Part shown: positions 1 through 11,803 of the stretch, one piece after another
Layout: each line of letters starts with the position of its first letter
Numbering within the stretch: the first letter of the stretch is position 1
NCBI GenBank assembly: GCA_040437565.1
Contig: JBDOQK010000025.1
Span: 1-64,000 of the forward strand
Length of the DNA stretch: 64,000 nt
Direction: 5' to 3'
From: Albugo candida
Taxonomy: Eukaryota
The notes under the pieces: generated by a model
What the model was told of the DNA's origin: nothing
The model's input: the letters and a program-made list of their open reading frames with translations, nothing else
The model's database searches: none
Made by a program: the position numbers and the translations under genes

Positions 1-70
1 ATTTCGTCTGCGTCTTGAAATGGTGGACTTTTTCAGCCAGATTTCTGTCAGCGTCTTGCCAACCTAATAC

Positions 71-273
71 TATTATCACGCGACATCACTCATGAGTAAT
101 AGTTAATGGTATACAAAATCGGAAATATACACCAGGGATTCCCCCACGATTCTTGGAAATCTTACAACTTGATACGTGTTGTAGGTGGTCAAAGCGTTGA
201 CGAACACCCACCTTTTTCCTTATTTAAAAGAAAAATAGAAGTATGCACTGCCACAATGTTTCGTACACCAAAA
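71..273. repeat. Degenerate inverted copy of 5038-5240
   Basis: 71-95 (tattatcacgcgacatcactcatga) is the exact reverse complement of 5216-5240; similarity with small indels continues to ...cgtacaccaaaa (273 vs 5038). Confidence 0.8.
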
Positions 274-299
274 ATCTTTCAAGAATATATATATACAGC

Positions 300-894
300 G
301 AAGTTCGGGAATTGCCCACGAAAATAGGAATGGACAACCAAGCGGCCATCCGTCAAATGGAGAACGAGGAGAGCTTGGCGCGCGCCAAGCATATCGATAT
401 CAAGCTCAAGTTTATCAAGGACTACGCCGAGAAGTGGATTATCAAGCCCATCTATGTGTCAACCGAGATGATGGCAGCTGACATGCTCACTAAAGCATTC
501 AGCGCACCTCGGTTGCAGGTGCTTATGAAGATGTTCTCCCTCTACCGAAGCGGGACGAATACATGCAAGCGCGTAGTGAAAAACACGCAGCACCGTGAGG
601 AAGGAGTGTCGGAAGAAGATGTATTCGCCGAGTCTGCGGGACTCGGCAAATACGTCACCTGACATTTCAGGGGTTTCGTAACGCCTTCTTTATGAAGATC
701 ACCGTGCGGTGGTTATGCCAGAAACAGACACTGCTCAGGGTCGATGAGTTTCAGGGGTTGCAAGGCACAAGGGGCGCGCAAAGGAAAGGCAAGACTACAG
801 TTACGAGAGTTGAAGCTTACATGCATAATATATTCACTTCGGCTTTTGCCTCCTTTAACCGAACCAGCTTCAGCGCCACATGCAATAATTGATA
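300..894 (+). mobile_element. Ty1/Copia LTR retrotransposon, 3' end (RNase H, PPT, 3' LTR)
   Basis: MDNQAAI...RAKHIDIKLKFIKD...MAADMLTKA is the Copia RNase H C-terminus; polypurine tract gaggaaggag 597-606 directly precedes the LTR. Left boundary approximate. Confidence 0.92.
607..894 (+). repeat. Copia 3' LTR (288 bp, TG...TA ends), followed by TSD CAAAC 895-899
   Basis: Colinear and gap-free with the reverse complement of 6717-7004; about 22 substitutions by hand count. Confidence 0.92.
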
Positions 895-3601
895 CAAACC
901 CTTCAGGATTTGTTGGAAAGAACCATGAGAATGGCGGGAAGAAGAAAGAAAGAAAAGCTGGTGCAAGTTAGTTTAGATGAACATGAATGGGGGCCACCGC
1001 ATGACCAGAGTTTTCAGCTGGTAAGGGATGCAGTCTGCGCGATAGTACCGATAGCACAACCGAAATAGGACTGGGAGGTATGTGTCTGAACGGACGTCTC
1101 TCAAGATCCCTGAGGACGATTGCTACTCAAGTGGGGCCGGCAGAGCTGAAGAAACAAGTCAGCGAGCAAGTACATGTACCGCTCGCATTTCTAAGTGGAT
1201 CTTTCAAAGGAGCCGGTGCACGTTGGGCAACCGTAGAGAAGGAAGCTTTCGTCATTGTGGAGACGTGCAAACGATTGCAGTATCTCTTACTTCGACAGGG
1301 AGGTTTCCATCTTTTCATTGATCACCTGAATATAAAATTCATTTTCGATCCAAAAAGCGTGGATACCGCCATTGCAAGATATAAAGTGGACAAGATTCAA
1401 CGATAGGCAATGGACTTGCAAACTTTTCGTTATGTGATCGAACATGTATTTAAAGAGGAAAACGGCTGGGGAAATATGCTATCCCGTTGGGGATCGCCAA
1501 GTAAAGGGATGAAACAAACAACGAGGAAATGTTATGATCTGGTTGTTGAACAAAAGATATCGCCTTTGAAAAATACTGCTTTTGAATGGCCATCGTTGAA
1601 GGAAATCGGCGTGCTACAATCAGCTTCGGAAGACAGCATACTTATGTATAAATTCTCACTAACGAAGGACAACAAGCGTGGCGGATTAGTAGATGCTGAT
1701 AACCGCATTTGTATCCCAAATAGTGCCATCAATGTCCAGCAACGACTTTGTATTGTGGCTCATGCCGGATCTGCAGGTCATCGAAGTGTCGCGACGACAT
1801 TTCAGATATTGTCAAAGAATGTAAAATGGAGCTCGATGAATCTTGACGTGAAGGAATTCTTGCTCCGATGTCTACACTGTCTTTTATCACGAGGAGGAAA
1901 TTGTTCTCGCTCATTTGGAAAAACTTTGAGAGCCACCAAACCGAACGAAACATTTCGAATTTTTGTCAATGCCTGCAGTGTTGAAGGATATCATTCTGTG
2001 CTCGGATTGAAAGATGGCATAAGCGGGTTTTGCGAGTTAATTCCTAGTGGGGTGGCCAACACCGATGTCACCGTGGCAGCAATACTGGATGGATTTAAGA
2101 GGTATGACGTGGTCTCGGTCTGGGTGTCCGACAGAGGGTCACTTATCTAGAATGAAGTTATGTCGACACTTTCAAAATTCAAAGCACAAACATCAGCTCT
2201 GACGGCGTATTGTTCGTGGGCAAATGGATCGGTCGAAGTAGTAAACCTTCATTTACCAAAGACAGTGCGATGTCTTTTGAGCGAGAGAAACCTGAGTATT
2301 GCAAAATGAACCTGTTTGTTGCCTCTCTGTCAATCGTCGGTNNNNNNNNNNNNNNNNNNNNNNNNNNNNNNNNNNNNNNNNNNNNNNNNNNNNNNNNNNN
2401 NNNNNNNNNNNNNNNNNNNNNNNNNNNNNNNNNNNNNNNNNGAAGTTATGTCGACACTTTCAAAATTCAAAGCACAAACATCAGCTCTGACGGCGTATTG
2501 TTCGTGGGCAAATGGATCGGTCGAAGTAGTAAACCTTCATTTACCAAAGACAGTGCGATGTCTTTTGAGCGAGAGAAACCTGAGTATTGCAAAATGAACC
2601 TGTTTGTTGCCTCTCTGTCAATCGTCGGTAAATCAGCTACCATCAGCTCGGCTAAATGGGTACGCACCGGTTATAGGTTCTACGGTGCTGGCATCAGGAG
2701 ATCCAATCAGCATAATGTACCTATCACCCGACGGCATGGAATGATTTGGCGTCTATGACCGTGCTGGAGTTAAAAAATAAAACAACAAGAATCCATTGGA
2801 AGCCTCCAAGAAAATTGGAACATATGCATTAGGCATTATCCAAGGCTATAAAACAAAAGCACGATGCAGCAAGACGCCGCCACAGCAATAAAAAGGGCGT
2901 CATGTGTACCAATTTTGAAATTGGAGATTTTTTTCTATCCGGTCATGTCACCAAGCACACAAACAAATTGGTCTTACTTTGGAAAGTACCATACCGTGTG
3001 GTGTCTACATTGAACGATTGGGTGCATGAAATTCAGGGACTAGTGGAGACCTACGATGTCCATATGCGTCACGCTTCGTGTCTACTGATTTAAGAAGAAA
3101 GCCATTTGGAGGTTACGCAGGATCTAAAGATCAAATCGTGTTCGTGAATGAAGGCCATTAGTGAAACGATTCTTAGAGTGCCGTCTCAATCGCGATACAA
3201 AGACATGGAAATATCATGGTCGAATGGATCGGGCTAGATAGCGCAGAAAACAGCTGAGAGCCCGCTGCTATAATGCATGAAGATGTTCCGGTCCTATTGT
3301 CGAGGTGGGTCGCAGACAATCCCCCAGCTCAAGCGATGTGGCGGTTTTTTGAATGCGACGATCAGCGAAAGAAGGGAAAGTGATGGGATCTGAATCCCTT
3401 GTGTCCCGTACGAAGTGAGGATTGTGTAGTAAATGTAGAACAAACCCGAGTAGCTGAAGTATAGCAGATATAAAGTACCTAATACACATATCTTTTTTGC
3501 TTGATCTTTGCGGTGATCAAAACGGAGAAGTATCTACAATCACGGAATCCGTCTTTGACTTGTAGCGTCGAAACTGAGAGACAGATCAAGGACCCATTAC
3601 A
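895..3601 (+). mobile_element. Ty3/Gypsy chromodomain retrotransposon, 3' half (RT end, RNase H, integrase, chromodomain, 3' LTR), decayed
   Basis: PLAFLSGSFKGA..RWATVEKEAF..DHLN (RNase H); AHAGSAGH...CLHC (integrase Zn finger); WVSDRGS and WANGSVE (integrase core); EWIGLDSAENS*EPAAIMHEDVP (chromodomain, ~3220-3295); PPT 3367-3380. Stops and frameshifts throughout. Confidence 0.9.
3381..3601 (+). repeat. Gypsy 3' LTR (TG...CA)
   Basis: Follows PPT gaaagaagggaaag; begins tgatggg and ends cccattaca; homologous to the reverse complement of ~11078-11275. Confidence 0.82.
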
Positions 3602-6600
3602 GGTAAGTCCGACCTCACCGAAGCGACTGTTCGGTGACAGTATGACATATGGGACGAAGAGAGACGGTTACCACGTGGGATCGGACGGACGTTATGTGAA
3701 ATTCAACATTGTCACGTTTTAATACCGTTGCACATGCATGTTGTAGGGATGACTAACAAGTTTAATGCTAAATAGATTTTACTTTGATTCTACCTTTATT
3801 GCAACAAGTGCATATCAAATACATTAATCAGCTGGCTGTGTTGATATTACGAGAATCAGGCTACTAAATTCTCTGTTAAAAGCTAAGCTTTCTTGAAGGA
3901 TAAGTACACATACAGGAATAGATTCATATGAGTACTGGGACAGTTGATGATTTCTTTAGACTTCTATATGATTGCTCATTTAGATGACGATGTTTAGTGA
4001 AGCCATGAAATACCCATAATACGGGATGGGCATCGCCTAAAATCTGCCCTGTAAACGAGCACAATTTTGACCGCATTCCCCTGAAGCACAATCAACCCGT
4101 AAGATACATAATGATGTAATGCTATTGAGCCATCCTCTTGGTATCCTAATTTGCATCTTTTAGCCTCCAGCTTACCGTATGAGTCAAAATTTAAACGTAA
4201 TACGTGAAGCACGACCGTTCTGAGCAAGTCGCTAGTCGTCGCAAAAGCAAAATCTTGCCGCCTGTGTCTAGTTTCTTGCCACTTGGCAAGATAAATAATT
4301 GAAAAATTCCGTATATTAATTTGAATGATCTACAAATGAATTTTACAAAATACTCAAAGTAAACAATAGATGTAAAGCTTCCTTGACGTTATCAAAAAAT
4401 AACGTCAAGGCAAGTCATGTCTCGTCAAACCAAATCCAGGCATGGAACTATTATCAAAAATAATGGTAGAGCAACCTCGTCTTTATGCTATAAAGACTCT
4501 TTTAAAATCGTTCCTGTTACTTGTGTATAAGACTGCGATGAGTACAACGAGTTTCAGTATCAAGGATGTCTCTGAAATCCTAATCATATTGAACCGATCT
4601 TTACTAGTACTCTACAATACAGCTGTTTGAAAAATCTCTCTTTGGGCAGTTATTTACAGATAGAAAAACAACGCCCGAACGAGATAATTACGAGAGTTTG
4701 AGGAAAGGTCGGCTAGCTTGTACAAGAATCTGATTAAAAATTACACCTTTCATCATGGCCATCCAAGCCGCTAAATAACTTTCAGCAGCAAAGATCCTAG
4801 CCAGTACTGATTTTTTAGTTTTTGTTACGAAGGAGACGTTATTGATGTGAGCTTGTAAATCTATCACCCGTACAAAGTTGAAGCTTTCCTTCCATCGTGA
4901 AGGATAGTCTGGCGTCTGGCGTGTTGTCTGAATTTTCTATCTTTGTTATGTCGCCAACAGTTCACGTCTATAACATATATTTTTTCAATATTTGATGAGC
5001 AAACATCAAGTATTCTTCATGTCTTATCACTCAGAGCTTTTGGTGTACGAGACATTCGTGTCAGTGCCTAATTCTCTTTTTCGTCCTGGTAAGGAAAAAG
5101 GTGAGTGTTCGTCCAGGCTTAGAACACCTACAACACGTATGAAGTTGAAAGATTCCAGCAAGCGTGGAGGATACCCTGGTGTAATTACCCAATTTTGTAT
5201 CCTATTGATCATTATTCATGAGTGATGTCGCGTGATAATANNNNNNNNNNNNNNNNNNNNNNNNNNNNNNNNNNNNNNNNNNNNNNNNNNNNNNNNNNNN
5301 NNNNNNNNNNNNNNNNNNNNNNNNNNNNNNNNNNNNNNNNGACCTTCGCCGTCAACGATGACCTCAAACTCGGCAGTACCCTTTAGCTGCATACGTAGGC
5401 TTTCTCCATTCGGAAGTAAACACTCCTCGTCACACTCAACTACATTGCTCAGCTGCGACACCGTCGTCACCAAGTGATGACTCGACCCACTGTCCAAAAT
5501 CCATTGACTCGTGGCTTTGACTCCGTCCTCAACAGCTAGCGTGAGACTATTTTTCGTCTCGCTGTGTCAGTCGCGTTTGTAATGGCCATCCTTGCCACAC
5601 TTGAAGCAGGCGTCAGACTTCTTACCCTTGCGTTCTGTCACGTATCTGCGCTGGCCGGAATCGCTTCACTTGACGACAGCCACTGTTGGCTTAGACCCCA
5701 GTCGAATCGTTGGGTCGTTGAGCTAATCAAAATGCACCAGCTCCTCAGCTTGCCTCAAATAATCTTCTCAATGAGGGTTATAACGCGCGAGTAGAAAGCC
5801 TTGGATCTCGGTATCCGAGCTCGCATACTTGGGGCGATGTTCTCGAAAACTTGTTCTTGCGCTCCTCCAACTGCGTCGCTGACCGCCATTAGGAACAGAA
5901 TGTGGTCACTCCACGATACCGATACCTTTTTCTTGGGAGTGAACATCTTGAAGGCCTGTGACTTCGAAATCCTTGGTCCAAACTTCAAGTTCATTCGGTG
6001 TCGAGTACCATACTTGTGGGTTCTCGGAGTACCGTGTATCCACTAGGCTGTTGAAATGATGACCAGCTTTGCCAGTCAAGTACCGGCCAAGTACATCCAG
6101 CTTGATATCCTCATACCAGATACACCCGCTGAGTCCCTCAGCGATACGAAGTTGGCGAAAGAATCGCTTTCCCCAAGGAGCGAAGCCTGAGCCAAGTCCC
6201 GGGTAGATCTCCTTGCCCTCGAAGTTTTCTATCGCGAGCTTCAGGTCCGTCATCTGCAGGGGCCTCTGTGGTGCAAAATACGCTGGCGCTGGAACCGGAC
6301 CGAACGCCGATCCCCGTGGCACCTGAGGGGGCGAGCTCATCCCGCCTCCTCCTCATTCGAGTCTTTGCTGCCTTGGCCCTGCCGCGTGGTGTCGCGCTGG
6401 GCCAGACACGACTTCGTCTTCGAGTGAGGCCAGAGTCATGTTTCGGCCAAGTCCCGTGCGCGCCTCCGCATACGTGCTGAAGGTGCTGCTACCCGCGGAC
6501 ACGTCCGACACTTGATCGTCCTCAACTCGACGAGCTTCAAGCCTATTAAGGCGAGCTCCTATGTCACTCTTCAAATCCGTGATGAAGTCCAGCAGCCTGG

Positions 6601-6704
6601 CCATGCCCTCGCCCGCGCCGGAGGCTGTACTGGATCCGTCGTCGTCGACTTGGGTCGTGGCTGGCACTTTAACTTGATTCTTAGCAGCTTGGTCAATGGG
6701 CGTT

Positions 6705-6716
6705 GGGCTCATAACC
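6705..6716 (-). promoter_or_regulatory. Copia primer-binding site (internal tRNA-iMet type) containing the gag ATG
   Basis: GGTTATGAGCCC abuts the LTR end and resembles the Drosophila copia PBS GGTTATGGGCCC; the ATG at 6712 opens ORF 6353-6712. Confidence 0.8.
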
Positions 6717-7004
6717 TATCAATTATTGCACGTGTCGCTGAAGCTGGCTCGGTTAAAGGTGGCAAAAGCCGAAGTGAATATATTATGCATGTAAGCTTTA
6801 CCTCTCTTACCTGTAGTCTTACCTCTCCTTTGCGCGCCCCTTGTTCCTTGCAATCCTTGAAACTCCTCTACCCTGAGCAGTGTCTGTTTTTGGAATAACC
6901 ACCGCACCGTGATCTTCATAACGGAGGCGTTACGAAACCCCTGGAATGTCAGGTGACGTATTTGCCGAGTCCCGCAGACTCAGCGAATACATCTTCTTCC
7001 GACA
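6717..7004 (-). repeat. Copia 5' LTR (288 bp), preceded on the minus strand by TSD CAAAC (7005-7009)
   Basis: Reverse complement of 607-894; plus-strand flank is gtttg. Confidence 0.92.
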
Positions 7005-8226
7005 GTTTGCACCAGCGCCGATTAGTCCGCATCCAATTCATCGCACAAAGAAATTGCTGAAGATCTGCTGCAGTTATTGGTCGTCCCATTTCTCATTATC
7101 CTTAATCCGGTCGGTGCAATGACTCGCTCCGTTCCCTTCAATCTTCTTTCCGCACCACACAGTTTCGAAAGAGAGAACACAATATTTTTTTGGATGAAGC
7201 TTCACACCAAATTTTTACGTCTGTCAAGAACGGTCTCCAAAATATCAAGAAAATTCGTTTCTGCTTTCAAGAATTTCGTCCGGCCATACTTAAACACCCT
7301 GGTTGAGGAAGGGTTTTGATAATCGACTCAGCAACCTGCTGTGCAAAAGCGACAGCATCTGTTGAGCCCATAATAACTCGATTCCCCGTATAAAGTCCTT
7401 CAGGTGTTACCACAGTAAAATAAACCCGAGTGCTTTCATGTAGCAGTAGTTGCCAGTAGAAACGAAAACACTCCAGCGAAAAATAACAGCGTAATTCATT
7501 GAGACTCGCAATAAGCACTTCGAAATGCGCCATTGGCCACGCCATTGGAATTGTTAGCGCGTTTACCGCACGCAGGTCCGCCGTCATTCGATAGCTTCTG
7601 ACGTTCTTTTTTGCAAGAATTCGAGGTGCGCTACCCCATCTTGAGACGGGATTCCAATACATCAAGCTGTGTTCTTCCAGACTGGATATATGTTGCGTAA
7701 GTAAATATCGGTCTAACGGCGGATAGCGCCTGGATCTCGCCATCACCGGTTCAACCCCTTCCTTTATCTGAACCTTGAGGGGAGGGATTATGACTGGGTT
7801 TCCGCTGTCGAAATCCACCTGGAAAAGATCCTGCTACCGGTAAAGTAATGATGTCAGTCATGAGATTGATTCCTCTTTTGCTCCCTTTTTTCTTGCCTCG
7901 ACGACTTTGGACTCGAGAATTTCCGTGATAGCATCTCTTTGGGTCTCAGCGTTGACCGCCTCCGGCAACATCATATAAGTTTCTATCTCATCCAGGTCGC
8001 TGTTGTCGTTGACATAGAACGCCTCGTCACATTTTTCCAGCACACGATATGAAGGGGTACTGCCTGCCATACTGTCTTTGATCCTCGAAGCGTCCGAGAT
8101 TTGCTTTTTGTCTTGATGCTCCCAAAATAGCATCGGCGGAATATCCCATTACCTCCATGCCTCGATCAATCAGTAGCGTCAGCGATTTGTCTTTTTCGTT
8201 AATCATCACCTCCAGATTTCTCGAAT

Positions 8227-9882
8227 TAGAGGTCCACTCGACGTAGGAAATTCTACACAATCCAACATAACCCGACGCTTTATCCAGATGGGCGTGTCTC
8301 CAAGAGAATCTAGCTCCCTCAGTGTGGTGTATTGTCTCACACAAACAAATGCCATTGATTCCAAGACTTCCATCATAGAGGTCCACTCGACGTAGGAAAT
8401 TCTACACAATCCAACATAACCCGACGCTTTATCCAGATGGGCGTGTCTCCAAGAGAATCTAGCTCCCTCAGTGTGGTGTATTGTCTCACACAAACAAATG
8501 CCATTGATTCCAAGACTTCCATCATAGAGGTCCACTCGACGTAGGAAATTCTACACAATCCAACATAACCCGACGCTTTATCCAGATGGGCGTGTCTCCA
8601 AGAGAATCTAGCTCCCTCAGTGTGGTGTATTGTCTCACACAAACAAATGCCATTGATTCCAAGACTTCCATCATAGAGGTCCACTCGACGTAGGAAATTC
8701 TACACAATCCAACATAACCCGACGCTTTATCCAGATGGGCGTGTCTCCAAGAGAATCTAGCTCCCTCAGTGTGGTGTATTGTCTCACACAAACAAATGCC
8801 ATTGATTCCAAGACTTCCATCATAGAGGTCCACTCGACGTAGGAAATTCTACACAATCCAACATAACCCGACGCTTTATCCAGATGGGCGTGTCTCCAAG
8901 AGAATCTAGCTCCCTCAGTGTGGTGTATTGTCTCACACAAACAAATGCCATTGATTCCAAGACTTCCATCANNNNNNNNNNNNNNNNNNNNNNNNNNNNN
9001 NNNNNNNNNNNNNNNNNNNNNNNNNNNNNNNNNNNNNNNNNNNNNNNNNNNNNNNNNNNNNNNNNNNNNNNCTAGCTCCCTCAGTGTGGTGTATTGTCTC
9101 ACACAAACAAATGCCATTGATTCCAAGACTTCCATCATAGAGGTCCACTCGACGTAGGAAATTCTACACAATCCAACATAACCCGACGCTTTATCCAGAT
9201 GGGCGTGTCTCCAAGAGAATCTAGCTCCCTCAGTGTGGTGTATTGTCTCACACAAACAAATGCCATTGATTCCAAGACTTCCATCATAGAGGTCCACTCG
9301 ACGTAGGAAATTCTACACAATCCAACATAACCCGACGCTTTATCCAGATGGGCGTGTCTCCAAGAGAATCTAGCTCCCTCAGTGTGGTGTATTGTCTCAC
9401 ACAAACAAATGCCATTGATTCCAAGACTTCCATCATAGAGGTCCACTCGACGTAGGAAATTCTACACAATCCAACATAACCCGACGCTTTATCCAGATGG
9501 GCGTGTCTCCAAGAGAATCTAGCTCCCTCAGTGTGGTGTATTGTCTCACACAAACAAATGCCATTGATTCCAAGACTTCCATCATAGAGGTCCACTCGAC
9601 GTAGGAAATTCTACACAATCCAACATAACCCGACGCTTTATCCAGATGGGCGTGTCTCCAAGAGAATCTAGCTCCCTCAGTGTGGTGTATTGTCTCACAC
9701 AAACAAATGCCATTGATTCCAAGACTTCCATCATAGAGGTCCACTCGACGTAGGAAATTCTACACAATCCAACATAACCCGACGCTTTATCCAGATGGGC
9801 GTGTCTCCAAGAGAATCTAGCTCCCTCAGTGTGGTGTATTGTCTCACACAAACAAATGCCATTGATTCCAAGACTTCCATCA
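8227..9882. repeat. Perfect 149-bp tandem array (5 units, gap, then a partial unit plus 5 units) derived from Gypsy protease sequence
   Basis: Unit starts tagaggtccactcg at 8227, 8376, 8525, 8674, 8823, 9138, 9287, 9436, 9585 and 9734; the units appear identical. Confidence 0.95.
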
Positions 9883-11077
9883 ATCCCACGGATACGATTC
9901 TGCAATCCGAGCCAGAGGCTAACAACGTACCTTCATTTTATGCCATCTACGGTAGCGAAGAACTCCCCCTTTTCTTTCACTAAAGCAGCTTTCTTCACGT
10001 TCGGTGCTTCGATGGAATATCCCTCATGATTACTTTTTCGGTTCCTCAGGAGAGCTTCCGTTTCGTCTGGTGCGCACTGCGTGCACCTTCTGACTGAATA
10101 TTCCGCGCTTTTACATTTCAAATATGCAAATTTGGTACGCGGCGGACCCAATTTTGACAGTCGTTGCCCATTTTCCTTCTCTTTAGGCCTATGATTCTGA
10201 ACATGAACAAATCGTTACTGACCAGGAGACAATCGTGTTTTCGTAGATACAGCATTTCGCATTAAATCCAAATGGGTTGCCTCAGGTTCCCATTCTATAA
10301 AGCTTCTTAATTGCCCTAGACTCATTGGTAGAACGCCACCGAGGTTTTCCTCAAATGTTTATTGGTATCCATATTCAGCCTGTTCAAGGTCTTTTTTAAA
10401 CAGCCACAGGTCTAGACCTTCAACCATCCAATTAACGATCCTCTTCGCATCCACCTGCTCCACATAATGCTGCAGACCCTCCTCCTCCAATGCGCGTTAG
10501 ATCTGATTTCGAAGCCGTGACATGCGAGATCCATCATCCATTAATCGTTTGTCCATCTTGAGCTTTCTCATTATATGATCAATCTTACCCAACTCCAACG
10601 AATCCGTTGTAATAGCTTCTCTGAAATAGTTGATCCAATCCTCCGCAACCACCTCTTCCGGTTGTTTTACACATTTCGAATTTGATGATTTGCATCCTCG
10701 TCCAAGCATCAGCGCACGCTGACACTGGCATAACAAAGGGCTTGTTTTGACACATCTCATAGGCGAGCAATGAATTGTATTATGCCTGATACTTTTTTAC
10801 GAACTCGCGACTATCCCACGACCTTTTTCCTGTGTAGATTGGATGTTGTGGTAAGTGCAGTGCATTTGAGATGCGATTATCCCCCGATACATCCATCATA
10901 TCCACATCCCCCGTTGAACGTCGAACACTTTCCTCAGTCAAATTTCCAAGAAAAGGTCTGGCTGGGTCTAATCTTCTTTGTTCCCGGCGCCTTCATCTTC
11001 TTCGAATCCGGTGAGATAGCTTCAAACTCCTTGTACATATGCTCGTCCAACTTCGAGCACAGTTGAACTAAATTTAA

Positions 11078-11275
11078 CTTGATCTGTCTCTCAGTTTCGA
11101 CGCTACAAGTCATAGACGGCTTCCGTGGTTGTAGCTGCTTCTGCGTGTTGATCACCGCAAAGATCAAGCAAAAGTATAGATGTATTAGGCATTTTGTACC
11201 TACTGTACTCAAGCTACTCCGATTTGTTCTATATTTACTCACTTCGTACGAAACACAAGGGGGATCAGTCCTGTA
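11078..11275 (-). repeat. Gypsy 5' LTR (eroded ends)
   Basis: Shares blocks such as gacttgtagcgtcgaaactgagagacagatcaag and ttttgcttgatctttgcggtgatcaa with 3381-3601, but has many substitutions and indels. Confidence 0.78.
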
Positions 11276-11803
11276 GTCGAAACTCAAGCCATTGACGACT
11301 TGCCCGAAAACGGTATCGTCTAGCACCAGCTGTATTGTATTATGTATACAGCATGGTTCCCAAAGGTATAGGACGAGGACTTGAGCCATAATGTCGTGTA
11401 AATGAACATGCAAGCCAATCCTGAATAAGGCGGACTTGCTTGTTCGCGTATTACTGAATATACTGCATTTTTAGACCAGCCAGTTTCTTGACTTTTTGAT
11501 TGCTTTCTGACCATGGGTGCCCTGCATCAGCAGCGACACTCCTCTGCCCTTACGTCGAGATATTTCACATTTATCATTTGAGCTAGCCTCGAAAACTAAA
11601 AAAAATCTAAGTAATATAAGCATCTCCAATGTACCTCATTATTTCTAATATCATCCGGATAATAAACGGATTACTTGCCACGACATTGTGGCAGAACCGT
11701 GTTTTGAGGGTACTCCAAAGAGCAGGTCACCCATACCCAATCACAAAACTGATTTATCCGATAACTTATAATTTACCAGGCAATTGACAGTACTTCTTAT
11801 TCG

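Larger units (their letters stand above)
5341..7004 (-). mobile_element. Ty1/Copia retrotransposon, 5' half (5' LTR, PBS, gag, protease), decayed
   Basis: LTR, then PBS GGTTATGAGCCC, gag ORF pieces, Zn knuckle CFKCGKDGHYKRD* (last Cys replaced by TGA) and protease WILDSGSSHHLV; truncated by the gap at 5241-5340. Confidence 0.92.
7005..11275 (-). mobile_element. Ty3/Gypsy retrotransposon, 5' half (5' LTR, gag, protease, RT), decayed
   Basis: gag with degenerate knuckle YLKCKSAEYSVRRC; protease LLASGSD (for LLDSGSD); RT motifs RRYPP, SRWGSAP, YRMTADLRAVN, FYWQLLL, RVIMGSTDAV, LQQFLCAMNWMR. Confidence 0.9.

Noticed and set aside
692..892. Paired 66-aa ORFs MKITVRWL... (also 6719-6919)
   Set aside because: They lie wholly within the Copia LTR copies and show no coding evidence.
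8227..9882. CRISPR-like array or repeated 103-aa gene family
   Set aside because: No unique spacers, the 149-bp unit is not a multiple of 3 and derives from Gypsy protease, and the context is eukaryotic; the ORFs are by-products of the repeat.
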